Source: Candidatus Nanoarchaeia archaeon
GTDB lineage: Archaea; Nanobdellota; Nanobdellia; Woesearchaeales; GW2011-AR9
Assembly: GCA_035290865.1 (NCBI GenBank)
Contig: DATDTM010000012.1
Span: forward strand, 11,134 to 75,133
Reading direction: 5' to 3'
DNA: 64,000 nt
Shown: positions 39,986 to 49,612 of the stretch, in pieces
How the letters are laid out: each line of letters begins with the position of its first letter
Position numbering within the stretch: the first letter of the stretch is position 1
Made by a program: the position numbers and the translations under genes
Notes under the pieces: generated by a model
The model's input: only the letters and a program-made list of their open reading frames with translations
The model's database searches: none
What the model was told of the DNA's origin: nothing

Positions 39986-40188
39986 GTAACGAAAACTTGC
40001 CTGCTCATGCCTAGGGTCACTAACGTTCTCAAGTTCTCTGACGAGAACTATCCACGGGCTAAAGCCCGTGGCTTTACGACACTCGCTTACACTGGCAAGT
40101 CCCTGAAAAATTGAAAATTTTTGGGGCACAGAAAATCTTTGATTTTCTTGTGTTTCGGAACAGAAATTTAGCGCCCTAAAGGGTGGAG
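39986..40188. repeat. ~200-bp structured repeat (family 1), copy B
   Basis: About 95% identical to 11209-11412. The terminal hairpin is truncated by the adjacent MITE. Confidence 0.75.
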
Positions 40189-40190
40189 CT

Positions 40191-40410
40191 GTCAAAATGC
40201 TCGCGACCACCACCAGTCACATTCTGTCGTTGCACTCCGAAGTTGCTTAACAGCAACGACTGGTGGCATGCCCGCCCTTCGGGCTCGGGTCGCTCGCAGA
40301 ATGAGAGCTGAACATTTTGACTGAGAAGTGCGCCACCAATCAAATCAAGTTGGAACTTTGTTCCTCGTGAGTTGCTTAACAGCAACGATTGGTGGAAACG
40401 ACTTTATTAT
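40191..40410. repeat. composite MITE (family 2 with internal insertion + family 3 hairpin module); left arm of the inverted pair flanking lysS
   Basis: GTCAAAATGCTC TIRs at 40191/40331, then a CCACCAATC..GATTGGTGG module. Reverse complement is found at 42041-42198. Confidence 0.75.
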
Positions 40411-40440
40411 AACCTAAACTCCGTTATAAGTAACACCAGC

Positions 40441-41940
40441 TTATTTTCCTCCCCTTCCTTCTTCCTTCTCTTCCTCTCTCGGCTTCATAGTTGGAAACAA
40501 AATTATGTCCCGGATAGAATCTGCCCCAGTCATCAGCATCACCATCCGATCCACCCCAATCCCAATCCCCGTATTAGGAGGCAGGCCGATCTCTAAAGCA
40601 CGGATGAAATCCTCATCCATGGGATGCGCTTCTTCATCTCCGCCCCGGCCTTTCTTAGCCTGTTCTTCTAACAATTCCCGCTGTAAAATAGGATCATTTA
40701 ATTCCGAATAACAATTACCCACTTCCCAGCCATTGATGAACGGTTCGATCCTCTCAATTAATTCTGGATCATTTCTATGCTGTTTAGCTAAAGGACAAGA
40801 TTCTTTAGGATGGTCAATAATATGGGTCGGTTGGATTAATTTATCTTCACACAACTCTTCAAATAATAAGACCATCATCTCCCCCCGGGAAGTTTTTCCC
40901 TCACACTCGATCTTATGCTGGCGGATTAAGGCTACCAATTCTTTATCAGACAACTTATCTAAATCAATCTTCGCTAACTGTTTCAAGGCCTCTTTCATGG
41001 TCAATCTTTTCCAGGGCGCTGTCAGATCGATCTTATTCCCGCCATATTCGATGATCGTAGTTCCTAACACTTTCTTGGCTACATAATCCCAGAGCTGTTC
41101 GGTTAATTCCATAGCTTTATTATAATCCGCATAAGCCCATTGGATTTCCATCATGGCAAATTCAGGGTTATGGGTTCTATCTGCATCTTCGTTCCTGAAA
41201 CAAGAGCTTAAATCATAAATCCTTTCGAAACCGCCTACAATCAGCCGTTTCAAATCTAATTCATAAGCAATTCTAAGATACATGGGCATCTTCCAGGCAT
41301 TGATTTGAGTAATAAACGGCCGGGCATTCGCTCCTCCATACTGAGTTTGTAAAATAGGCGTTCTAACTTCAATAAAATCTTTCTGATCTAAGAACTCTCT
41401 GATCGCCCGATAGATCTTCGCCCGTTTGATGAAAACTTCTTTAACTTCCGGATTGACAATTAAATCTACATATCTTTGCCTGTACCTTAACTCTTCATCT
41501 TTAAGACCATGAAATTTTTCCGGTAAAGGTAATAAAGATTTGCATAAGATCTCAGAACTGGAAACTTCAATGGTAACTTCCCCTTTTTGAGTTTTAAAAA
41601 TAATTCCAGCAATACCCAAAAAATCACCCAGATCAGTTTTTTTAGTTATAATATCGTATTTTTCTTTACCTAATTTATCCTCCTGAAGATAAAGCTGAAC
41701 TTTTCCGCTTTGATCTTGGAGATGAAAAAAGCTGGCCTTGCCCATGACCCGTTTAAGCATGATCCTTCCTGCCACCGAAACTGTATCTTTGGTATGGTCT
41801 CCTGAATTCAGATGAGAATATTTCTGATTAATTTCCAGAGCATGATCAGTTTGAGAATAAGAATAGGGATAAGGATTGATTCCTAAGGCTTTTAATTCTT
41901 CCAGTTTCTTTAATTTGCTTTCATCTAAATTTTCAGCCAT
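40441..41940 (-). CDS. lysS: lysyl-tRNA synthetase, class II
   Basis: N-terminal OB anticodon-binding domain plus class II motifs 1-3 (FRNE, GIGIGVDRMVML). Confidence 0.9.
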   Translation of the reverse strand: MAENLDESKLKKLEELKALGINPYPYSYSQTDHALEINQKYSHLNSGDHTKDTVSVAGRIMLKRVMGKASFFHLQDQSGKVQLYLQEDKLGKEKYDIITKKTDLGDFLGIAGIIFKTQKGEVTIEVSSSEILCKSLLPLPEKFHGLKDEELRYRQRYVDLIVNPEVKEVFIKRAKIYRAIREFLDQKDFIEVRTPILQTQYGGANARPFITQINAWKMPMYLRIAYELDLKRLIVGGFERIYDLSSCFRNEDADRTHNPEFAMMEIQWAYADYNKAMELTEQLWDYVAKKVLGTTIIEYGGNKIDLTAPWKRLTMKEALKQLAKIDLDKLSDKELVALIRQHKIECEGKTSRGEMMVLLFEELCEDKLIQPTHIIDHPKESCPLAKQHRNDPELIERIEPFINGWEVGNCYSELNDPILQRELLEEQAKKGRGGDEEAHPMDEDFIRALEIGLPPNTGIGIGVDRMVMLMTGADSIRDIILFPTMKPREEEKEEGRGGK

Positions 41941-42040
41941 AAACCGCTGTTAATAGCTAGAGTTATATAAAGATTTCTTTGGAATAGTACTATATTAGGT
42001 GCGATTCAGATTAAGTGAAAACAACCCCCACCTAGATTAA

Positions 42041-42198
42041 AATAAAGTCGTTTCCACCAATCGTTGCTGTTAAGCAACTCACGAGGAACAAAGTTCCGAC
42101 TTGATTTGATTGGTGGTGCACTCCTCAGTCAAAATGCTCAGTTCTCATTCTGCGAGCGACCCGAACCCGCAGGCGAGTATGGTCGCGAGCATTTTGAC
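42041..42198. repeat. composite MITE, right arm (inverted orientation) flanking lysS
   Basis: Reverse complement of 40332-40410 followed by the family-2 element with a shorter core. Confidence 0.75.
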
Positions 42199-42292
42199 AG
42201 TAAGCCAGAAAGAGTCCAGTAAATTATTACTTATTTTATATATTATTACTAATTTAAGAACAATTTATAAAGAACTGTATATTTTAAGTAAC

Positions 42293-42955
42293 ATGGTGAT
42301 TATTTACAATCCTGATAGCGAACAGATCATCCCAGAACGGATAAAGCAAGCAGAAGCTATTTTATCCCAGATTCCGACTAAATATTGTTTTATTACCGGT
42401 TCATTTTTGTACCAAGAGAAATATAAAGATATTGACCTTTTCGTCATCTCCAAGACCAAAAAAGAATTAAAAAGCAATAACCAAAAAGTAAAAATAACCT
42501 TTTTAGACTTTAACCAACTTTATTCTTTATTTTATCATTCTATCTCTAAAAGTTGTTTCGCTAAAAATATTCTTCCCCAAAAGCCGTTAAAGGTTACTCT
42601 TTCTGACTATTGGCAAATTATTAATGAAGCTATTCCGACTTTATTAAATCAGAAAGATAAATTCCACAAGAATGTTCGCTTTTTAATCCTTTACACCGAA
42701 TACTTTAAAACCGGCCAAATCTTAGATAGTTTCCAGCTCAGCCAAAAAATTCTTTCTTTTAAAAATTACCTAGAAATTATTTATTACGTTCAAGCTGAAG
42801 TTCCCCCAATCATCCAAAAACAGAGTAAACCTTCTTACGCCAAACGTTTCTTTTATACCCAGGCAGGATATTATAAAGAGCATCAAGAATATGCCGCCCA
42901 AAAGTTTTTATATCAATTAACTCATGAAATAGCTAGGATTTTTGCATATGGTTAA
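42293..42955 (+). CDS. nucleotidyltransferase-like protein
   Basis: GSFLYQEKYKDIDLFVI NTase-like motif. Start trimmed from 42110 because the upstream part lies inside the repeat. Confidence 0.45.
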   Translation: MVIIYNPDSEQIIPERIKQAEAILSQIPTKYCFITGSFLYQEKYKDIDLFVISKTKKELKSNNQKVKITFLDFNQLYSLFYHSISKSCFAKNILPQKPLKVTLSDYWQIINEAIPTLLNQKDKFHKNVRFLILYTEYFKTGQILDSFQLSQKILSFKNYLEIIYYVQAEVPPIIQKQSKPSYAKRFFYTQAGYYKEHQEYAAQKFLYQLTHEIARIFAYG

Positions 42956-43325
42956 ACCAGAAGAATTCAAACAGAAGATAGAAGAGTTAGTTTCGCAGGA
43001 ATACAAGGTAGAATATTTAGGCAATAATTTTGACCAGATCGTTAATCTTCTTACCGAAGTAAAAGCTCAAAAGATCTATCAATGGATAAGTGAAGTAGTT
43101 CAACGGAAAATTCAACCGATTGTCATCGGTTCAAAAAAGCTATATAAAGAATGGACTGCTAATGAATTACTTACTTTCCGTTATCCTTTCAATATCGAAA
43201 ATACAGAATATCGAATTCTTTTTGTAAAAGTTAAGAATTCAGTTTACATTGAATTTCATCTAGGAGATCATAAGTATTATGATAAAATAAGAACAGATCT
43301 TAATCTCAAGAAAAATAGTAACTAA
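42942..43325 (+). CDS. RelE/ParE-like toxin-fold protein (putative)
   Basis: C-terminal EYRILFVKVKNSVYIEFHLGDHKYY resembles the RelE/ParE core; overlaps the upstream gene by 14 nt. Confidence 0.45.
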   Translation: MHMVKPEEFKQKIEELVSQEYKVEYLGNNFDQIVNLLTEVKAQKIYQWISEVVQRKIQPIVIGSKKLYKEWTANELLTFRYPFNIENTEYRILFVKVKNSVYIEFHLGDHKYYDKIRTDLNLKKNSN

Positions 43326-43339
43326 TCTTACTTAATTCT

Positions 43340-43960
43340 TTACTCTTTCAAATGGCTGGGATAAGCCATGGAGGTAAAGAAATCTTTATTCTCTTCGTAA
43401 GGCAGATATCTCTTTAGTTTAAACCACTGTTTGATATAATTCTGTAAAGCATAAGATTCCTGATACAATTCTTTCTTTCTCAGATCTATGGCATCGCTGT
43501 AGATCCGATTGGTAAACAAATCTAATAAGTGTTTCAAAAGCCAATGTTTCTTCCACTCTGCAACATATTTTTTTTCTAAAATAGAATTAATTTTCAGTTC
43601 AATTTCCCCTTTGTTTAATTTAATCTTTTGGCCTTTAACCACCATTTCGGTAGTGGTAATGCCTAAACAATGCATCTCGATATCCATATAATACTGTATC
43701 TTAGCATCATCTAGTTCTTTGGTTATCCGCCAGAGAATCCAGATCTCTTTCATTCCCTGCTGATTAGTCCTATCCCCATAATAACTTTCCCAATGGTCTA
43801 ATTTATCTTCCTTATCTTTCCAATTATTTTCTAACATCCATTCATGTAAAGCTTCATAGAAAGCTTTCAGGTCAAATACATCTTTATATTTAACCCTGAT
43901 GGGCATGAAAGGAGGAAAAATATTGATCTGGGCATCTTTATCCAGTTTCTGGGTAGGCAT
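43340..43960 (-). CDS. hypothetical protein
   Basis: 206-aa ORF with no recognisable motif. Confidence 0.45.
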   Translation of the reverse strand: MPTQKLDKDAQINIFPPFMPIRVKYKDVFDLKAFYEALHEWMLENNWKDKEDKLDHWESYYGDRTNQQGMKEIWILWRITKELDDAKIQYYMDIEMHCLGITTTEMVVKGQKIKLNKGEIELKINSILEKKYVAEWKKHWLLKHLLDLFTNRIYSDAIDLRKKELYQESYALQNYIKQWFKLKRYLPYEENKDFFTSMAYPSHLKE

Positions 43961-44032
43961 AATTAGAAGTAGTCTTTAATGGTTTATAAATTTTTACTCT
44001 TCAAAGCACTACCTAGAAAGCCAAAAGACCAT

Positions 44033-44548
44033 TCAGAACCTCAATCTCATTTTCATCCAAAGATAAAAAATCCAGGCGGTACCTAAGCCCATGTCTAAGA
44101 TAGCTAATTTTAAGAAAGTTCTGAGCTGGTTGGCACTAGCACTAAGCATGGTAATTCCAGACTTTCCTAGAGTAATTCCAAAAGGGGTAAAATAATAATT
44201 TAATGGCCAGAGGAAAGGCACACCCTGATGAGAAACAAAATCTATCAATAGATGCATCAAAACACCAATACTTAAGGCAAAGGCGAATCTTTTCGCTTGT
44301 TTTTCATTTAACAGCCAAAAGACAAAGAAAGCCAAAATCCAGGCTAAAATTACAAACAAAAAACTATGGGTAAAAGTGCGATGGAAATTTGAGTGCAGAA
44401 TAAAATTTATCAAATAATCTGCATCCGGAAGAATTCCTCCTAAAATCAGCCAGGCCCAGGTATAATTTCCGATTTTATTCTTATTTAAAAATTCATAGCT
44501 CTTGCCTGCCAACCAGGATCCGATCAGATGTCCGAAAGCGAAAGTCAT
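44033..44548 (-). CDS. membrane-bound metal-dependent hydrolase (DUF457/YdjM-like)
   Basis: HRTFTHS motif; multi-TM. Confidence 0.6.
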   Translation of the reverse strand: MTFAFGHLIGSWLAGKSYEFLNKNKIGNYTWAWLILGGILPDADYLINFILHSNFHRTFTHSFLFVILAWILAFFVFWLLNEKQAKRFAFALSIGVLMHLLIDFVSHQGVPFLWPLNYYFTPFGITLGKSGITMLSASANQLRTFLKLAILDMGLGTAWIFYLWMKMRLRF

Positions 44549-44624
44549 AACTAATCCCGCAAAGAAGTGCTTTTTTAAAGCTTGTTAAAGTGAGTTTTAT
44601 GCATAGAAGATATAATCCAAATAT

Positions 44625-45455
44625 TTAAATTTCTTCCCAAGCTTTTTTCAATCTTAAAGCATCTTCATCATTAATCGGACTCTCAGAAATAACTATCCCT
44701 TTAACTCTAAATTCTTTCAATGCTTTTAATAGCTCCAGATAGCGTAAATCACTCTGGTTCAGGTTCAGGTGCCATTTCTCTCCTTTCTCTCCATATTCTA
44801 TTCCTGAGATATGAATATGCATATTATCTAAAATTCTTCTACCTAACTTTTTTTCCAGAAAAGTTAAAATTTCTTTAAATTCTACATAACTATTATTTTT
44901 CCCGATAGAACGCGCATGCAGATGGGAAAAATCTACGCAGGGTAATACCTGTTCCAGCTCCTGGCTTAATCTTACGATTTCGGGAAGGGTTCCCCATTGA
45001 GAAGGTTTACCAGTAGTTTCCGGCCTTAACCAGATCAGATTATTTTCTGAGTTTAAGATTTCAATTATCTCAGCCATTCCTTTCTTAATTATCGAGAAAA
45101 CTTCTTCAACATTCTGGCCCATATAATATCCAGCATGGAAAGTTAAACTTTTCGCTCCAGCTTTCCAGGCAATTCTGGCTGCCTTAAGAATACGCTCTTT
45201 GCTCTCTTCTATTTTTTGTTTTTCCAGAGAACTGAGATTAATATAATATTGCCCGTGGCAGGTAAGATTAATTCCATTCTTCTCTGCGATTATCTTTACC
45301 TCTGCTGCCTTCTCTGCAGAGATATTTATTGAACGCACAAATTCCAATTCCATTGCTCCTAGGCCTAATTTTCGAACTTGTTCAATTCCGCTCAGCACTC
45401 CGCTTTTGGGAGTGGATAAAGGAATTCCTGCTGTGCCAAAATATAGTTTGTCCAT
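44625..45455 (-). CDS. nfo: endonuclease IV (AP endonuclease family 2)
   Basis: CHGQYYINLSS, FHAGY, PETTGK and DFSHLHA align to the Nfo H..Y.INL, FHPGS, ENTAG and DTCH motifs. Confidence 0.7.
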   Translation of the reverse strand: MDKLYFGTAGIPLSTPKSGVLSGIEQVRKLGLGAMELEFVRSINISAEKAAEVKIIAEKNGINLTCHGQYYINLSSLEKQKIEESKERILKAARIAWKAGAKSLTFHAGYYMGQNVEEVFSIIKKGMAEIIEILNSENNLIWLRPETTGKPSQWGTLPEIVRLSQELEQVLPCVDFSHLHARSIGKNNSYVEFKEILTFLEKKLGRRILDNMHIHISGIEYGEKGEKWHLNLNQSDLRYLELLKALKEFRVKGIVISESPINDEDALRLKKAWEEI

Positions 45456-45565
45456 AGATCAGAATAAGAAATTAAATGTATATAAAAATTATTACATTCT
45501 AATCTATTCAAATCCAATAAAAAGATTTAAAATAGGCTCTGCTTTCCTAAGCTAAAAAGTAACTA

Positions 45566-45850
45566 GGGTCAGCTAGGCTGGCGCGCTAGCCCTGCGTTGT
45601 TACCGTGAATGAGCTTTACACGGAGCCGAAGCCTGATAAAAGGGCCAGTTTGGTTTTGTTGGTCCTGATCCGCTTTGCAGACAGCTTGTCCTTTGGGATG
45701 GACTTGCTGGGAATCTGGTCAGATCCGGAAGGAAGCAGCCATAACCTGTAGGTTTCATGTTCAGAGGGTCGCAAGCTCGAGAGGCTTTCAGGAACAAACC
45801 AATGGAGCTATATTGGTTCGATTGTCGGGCCTGCCCCTAAAGTTTCTTTT
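45566..45850 (+). ncRNA. signal recognition particle RNA (7S RNA)
   Basis: GGUCAGAUCCGGAAGGAAGCAGCCAUAACC matches the helix-8 core of 4.5S/7S RNA (GGUCAGGUCCGGAAGGAAGCAGCC). GC-rich island with a TATA-like box ~30 bp upstream. Confidence 0.75.
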
Positions 45851-45917
45851 AGTTCGATCAGAATAAATTATTCTAAGAATATCTATAGACCCAAACTAAA
45901 AACAATTTAAAACCATC

Positions 45918-46397
45918 TTAACTCTTGACCATAAAACTTTCCAGAGAGAGATTAATCAGTCCTTCTTTCGCCTGCATCTCTTTGAAGGCAGGATCTAATT
46001 TCACTAACAATTGACTGTTGCAGAAATGCCTTTGCACTGGCACGCCTTTGCTCATCAGGCTGGATAAGCATTCCGGAATCAAAGAATTAGTTAATTGCGC
46101 TTTCTGGGCGATCTCAGGGTAAGATAAAGGCTGTTCTTCAGTATACAAAACTAAGAAAACTTTTCTCTCCGTTTGATTTAAAGGCATAATCTGGGGCTTT
46201 TCCAAATTCAATCCCATCCCCAACTGCAGATTATCTAAACGCTGAGACATTTTTTCTACTTTAATTTCCATCTCTTGAAGATAATCAAACAGAGCTTGAA
46301 TTTCAGTAGTATTCTCATTAATAGAATTCAGGTGCTCTTCTAAAGCCTGCTTGACCTGGTGAAATTCTCCTCTTATTCCTCGGATTAAGTTTGACAT
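45918..46397 (-). CDS. hypothetical coiled-coil / wHTH protein
   Basis: 159-aa ORF. Confidence 0.4.
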   Translation of the reverse strand: MSNLIRGIRGEFHQVKQALEEHLNSINENTTEIQALFDYLQEMEIKVEKMSQRLDNLQLGMGLNLEKPQIMPLNQTERKVFLVLYTEEQPLSYPEIAQKAQLTNSLIPECLSSLMSKGVPVQRHFCNSQLLVKLDPAFKEMQAKEGLINLSLESFMVKS

Positions 46398-46692
46398 ATT
46401 AATATCAAACGCACGAAATAATTGTAATAAAAACGAAGCGATTTAAGCCTAACCGGTACGTTTGATATTACGAGACGTTCGTACGTCGAGTTTACCTCTA
46501 ATCCCCATTATCAAAAAAGAGCAGAAAGATTTTGCTCTCTCTCACTACCACCCTGTTAAAATGGATTTTTTACTGATTTAAATACCTTTCGTTTTTGCTT
46601 CTAACATCACTTTGGAATGGTTAGAAAAGGTTAATAAAGAGTTTAAGTTTAAAGAACAATTCTTCTTAAAAAACTATTCTCTTTAAATCAGT

Positions 46693-47319
46693 TTAAACAA
46701 AATCCAATAATTCTTTTAATACTATTGACAGTTCAGTAATTCCATCACTGCCGCTATAATGAGCTTTATCTTTTTCAATCACGATTTTAGCTCCCAATTT
46801 CTCTTTAAATATTTTCGAATCAGTTAAGGGAACAAAATGATCATTATCTGAAAATATGGCCGTAAAATTAGAAGTGTGGGATTTAATTTTCTGCCAATCG
46901 ATCGGTGTATCCAACCAGGGACGGGCAGTTTGGAAATCTTCTGCATTTTCAAAAGCTTTCTCGCTTAGGTTTATCCAGCCAGCCAATAGGATAACTCCGC
47001 CAACTTTAACTTTTGGGCTTAAAGATTCTAAATATCTTAAAACCGTTTGCGCTCCGATAGAATGTCCTACTAAAAAAGTGTTCTCATCTGGCTTCCTCAC
47101 TACTTTTCTTAAGAAACGAACCCACTCTTCAATTTTCGGGTGTTTTGGTTGAGGCATAGCTGGAACCGTAACTTGAAAACCTTTCTCTTCCAATTCTTTC
47201 TTCAGCCAGGGAAAACCCCCCTCTTCAGGATAGCCGTCCCAGCCATGGATGATAAAGACTCGTTTCATGATCAAGTAAAACTCAACTTTAGTTATAAACT
47301 TTTTCAAACCATACAACAA
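46693..47319 (-). CDS. alpha/beta serine hydrolase (YdeN/RBBP9 family)
   Basis: IIHGWDGYPEEGGFPWL N-terminus with HS.G nucleophile elbow (GHSIGA). Confidence 0.65.
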   Translation of the reverse strand: MLYGLKKFITKVEFYLIMKRVFIIHGWDGYPEEGGFPWLKKELEEKGFQVTVPAMPQPKHPKIEEWVRFLRKVVRKPDENTFLVGHSIGAQTVLRYLESLSPKVKVGGVILLAGWINLSEKAFENAEDFQTARPWLDTPIDWQKIKSHTSNFTAIFSDNDHFVPLTDSKIFKEKLGAKIVIEKDKAHYSGSDGITELSIVLKELLDFV

Positions 47320-47351
47320 ACCTTAAAAACTCTTTCTACTTCTAATCCAAC

Positions 47352-47978
47352 ATGGGTATCCGCTCCAAGAAAGATTTAGAATTAGAATTAAGCAAACTCA
47401 AAAATTTCCAGAATCCTTCTTTAGAATTAGAACAGTATGCCACTCCCGAAGATATTGCCGCAGACTGGGTCTGGCAGATGGCTTTGAAAGGCGAAGTTGC
47501 TGGAAGAATCATACTGGATGCAGCCTGCGGTCCGGGCATCTTAGGAATAGGCTTATTACTGATGGGAGCAAAAAAAGTTTATTTTCTGGACCAGGATAAA
47601 GAAGCCATCAAATTATGCCAGGAGAATTATCAAGCCATCCAAAAAGAGTACGAATTAGGTTCCGCAGAATTCATCATCGAAGATATCTCTTTGTTTGATG
47701 AACCAGTGGATATCGTTATTCAAAATCCTCCTTTCGGCACTAAAAACGAACATGCAGACAAGAGGTTTTTAGAGAAAGCTTTTTCCGTAGCTAAAGTAGT
47801 CTACAGTATGCACAAATTTTCCACTAAGACTTTCGTAGAAGCCATCGCCAAAGATTTTGAATTTAAGATAACCCATCATTGGCGTTATGATTTTCCCATC
47901 AAAGCCACTTTTGAATTCCATCAGAAGCCAGTAAAAATTGTAGATGTAGGTTTATGGAGAATGGAAAAGATAAGATAA
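47352..47978 (+). CDS. METTL5-like N6-adenine RNA methyltransferase
   Basis: LDAACGPGILG motif I and NPPFG catalytic motif. Confidence 0.7.
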   Translation: MGIRSKKDLELELSKLKNFQNPSLELEQYATPEDIAADWVWQMALKGEVAGRIILDAACGPGILGIGLLLMGAKKVYFLDQDKEAIKLCQENYQAIQKEYELGSAEFIIEDISLFDEPVDIVIQNPPFGTKNEHADKRFLEKAFSVAKVVYSMHKFSTKTFVEAIAKDFEFKITHHWRYDFPIKATFEFHQKPVKIVDVGLWRMEKIR

Positions 47979-48195
47979 GAAGTATTCTTGATTTTAACCG
48001 AGTATAGAAATAAATTAGAAGATTAGTTATAGACGATTTTGAAAAACTATTCAAAATCGTCTTAAAGGACTTTAGTTTAAGCCCAAACTTTTATGGTTAA
48101 AGAGGTTATTCAAAGTCCTCTATAATCGAATCGTATTAATTCTTAAACATTTACAAAAGCGCAACATTTAAATATACCAACTATTTAAACGCATT

Positions 48196-48438
48196 ATGGC
48201 TACCATTACTATTAATATAGATAACCAAACTGAAACCATCTTCAGGGAAGCTGTTAAAGAGGAATTAGGCACAGAAAAAGGGAAATTGGGGCAGGCGGTA
48301 AATGAGGCGCTTCAATTATGGATCAATAAAAAAAAGCAGGAAGAGATTTCCCAGCGGCAATTAACGCTATTAAAGACTGGTTTTAAATTAGGTAAGTGGA
48401 AATTTAACCGGGATGAGCTTCATGAACGAACCAATTGA
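48196..48438 (+). CDS. VapB-like antitoxin (putative)
   Basis: 80-aa ORF overlapping the downstream PIN gene by 26 nt. Confidence 0.5.
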   Translation: MATITINIDNQTETIFREAVKEELGTEKGKLGQAVNEALQLWINKKKQEEISQRQLTLLKTGFKLGKWKFNRDELHERTN

Positions 48439-48862
48439 TTGTTATTTAATAGATAGTAATATCTTAGTTTATGCTTATGACCGCACTGATACTAAGAAGA
48501 ATGCCCTTGCCGTAAAGATATTAGAACAGTGTTGGAAAAGAGAAACGGTTTATGCTATTTCGGTACAGAATTTAGCAGAATTCTTCGTGATTATTACTAA
48601 AAAAGTACCTTCTCCCTTACCTGTAGAAAAAGCAGAGGAGATTATCTCAGACATCTGTTCTTTTTCCGGATGGAGGATTCTTAGTTATAATCCAGAAACA
48701 CTTATACTGGCGATACAATTATACCAAAAGCACAAAAAACATTTTTGGGATGCAATCTTGGTAGCCACTATGCTTCAATCGGGAATAACCCAGATTTATT
48801 CGGAAAATGAATCAGATTTAAAAGTTTTTGATAAGGTTGTAGTTAAGAATCCTTTTTTGTGA
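48413..48862 (+). CDS. vapC: PIN-domain VapC toxin
   Basis: YLIDSNILVY and FWDAILVATM acidic motifs. Confidence 0.75.
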   Translation: MSFMNEPIDCYLIDSNILVYAYDRTDTKKNALAVKILEQCWKRETVYAISVQNLAEFFVIITKKVPSPLPVEKAEEIISDICSFSGWRILSYNPETLILAIQLYQKHKKHFWDAILVATMLQSGITQIYSENESDLKVFDKVVVKNPFL

Positions 48863-48881
48863 TGATTCCTGTTTTTTGAAG

Positions 48882-49403
48882 TTATCTCTTCTTCTCTTCC
48901 CAATCCAAGAAAGTTTCTTTTTTACGATTAATAAAAAATAAAGTTACAAAGAAAGTAATCACTAAAATCACAAACCCAATCTTGCTCTTGCTCTGGAAAT
49001 AGACTAAAGTAGCGATAAAAGTGGTTACGATACTGCCCATGAACAAGCCCATGATAATGCTCTCTTGGAACTTCACGAATAAAGCCAATATTAAAATGAT
49101 TAAGTTAAAGATAATCATAAACATATATTTCTGCCCTTCATAAGCATTCTTTTCCTCTTCCCAACCTTTTTGATCGTTCCAATACTCTTCCTGACATTTC
49201 TGCTGTTTGTCAGAGATGGCTAAAGATTGCGCTTCAGTAACTTTTTCAGTAGCTGGATAAGGATATTTGCTATAACAATCCGGACCCTGATAATAAGAAT
49301 CTGTGCCGGTATATTTAGGAAAGAAAACATTCGCTCCCAAGAAGACCATGGGGACGTATAATAATACGATAATCAGAACGTAAAGTAATTTAGTCCAATT
49401 CAT
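48882..49403 (-). CDS. hypothetical membrane protein
   Basis: 173-aa ORF with four TM helices. Confidence 0.45.
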   Translation of the reverse strand: MNWTKLLYVLIIVLLYVPMVFLGANVFFPKYTGTDSYYQGPDCYSKYPYPATEKVTEAQSLAISDKQQKCQEEYWNDQKGWEEEKNAYEGQKYMFMIIFNLIILILALFVKFQESIIMGLFMGSIVTTFIATLVYFQSKSKIGFVILVITFFVTLFFINRKKETFLDWEEKKR

Positions 49404-49612
49404 TAAGTAAGAAGAATAATTTAGAAGTATTTAATGGTTGCGATTAGGTGACTTTAATTAAGTCTTAAGTATCTAAAATCTCTCCCGCCTCTGCAATGTT
49501 TCATCGTTTACCTTTTGCATAAAACGAACTATTGGGCCTAAGTGAGAGTGACCTCCTCCCCGCACTAAAGTGCGGAGATTTCTGGCTCACTTTGTTAAAA
49601 AATCTGTATTCA

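Noticed and set aside
42110-42292. N-terminal 61 aa of ORF 42110..42955
   Set aside because: Encoded by the inverted MITE arm. The likely start is the Met at 42293.
45600-45866. ORFs 45600..45797(-) and 45675..45866(+)
   Set aside because: Both overlap the SRP RNA gene. They are GC-rich artefacts.
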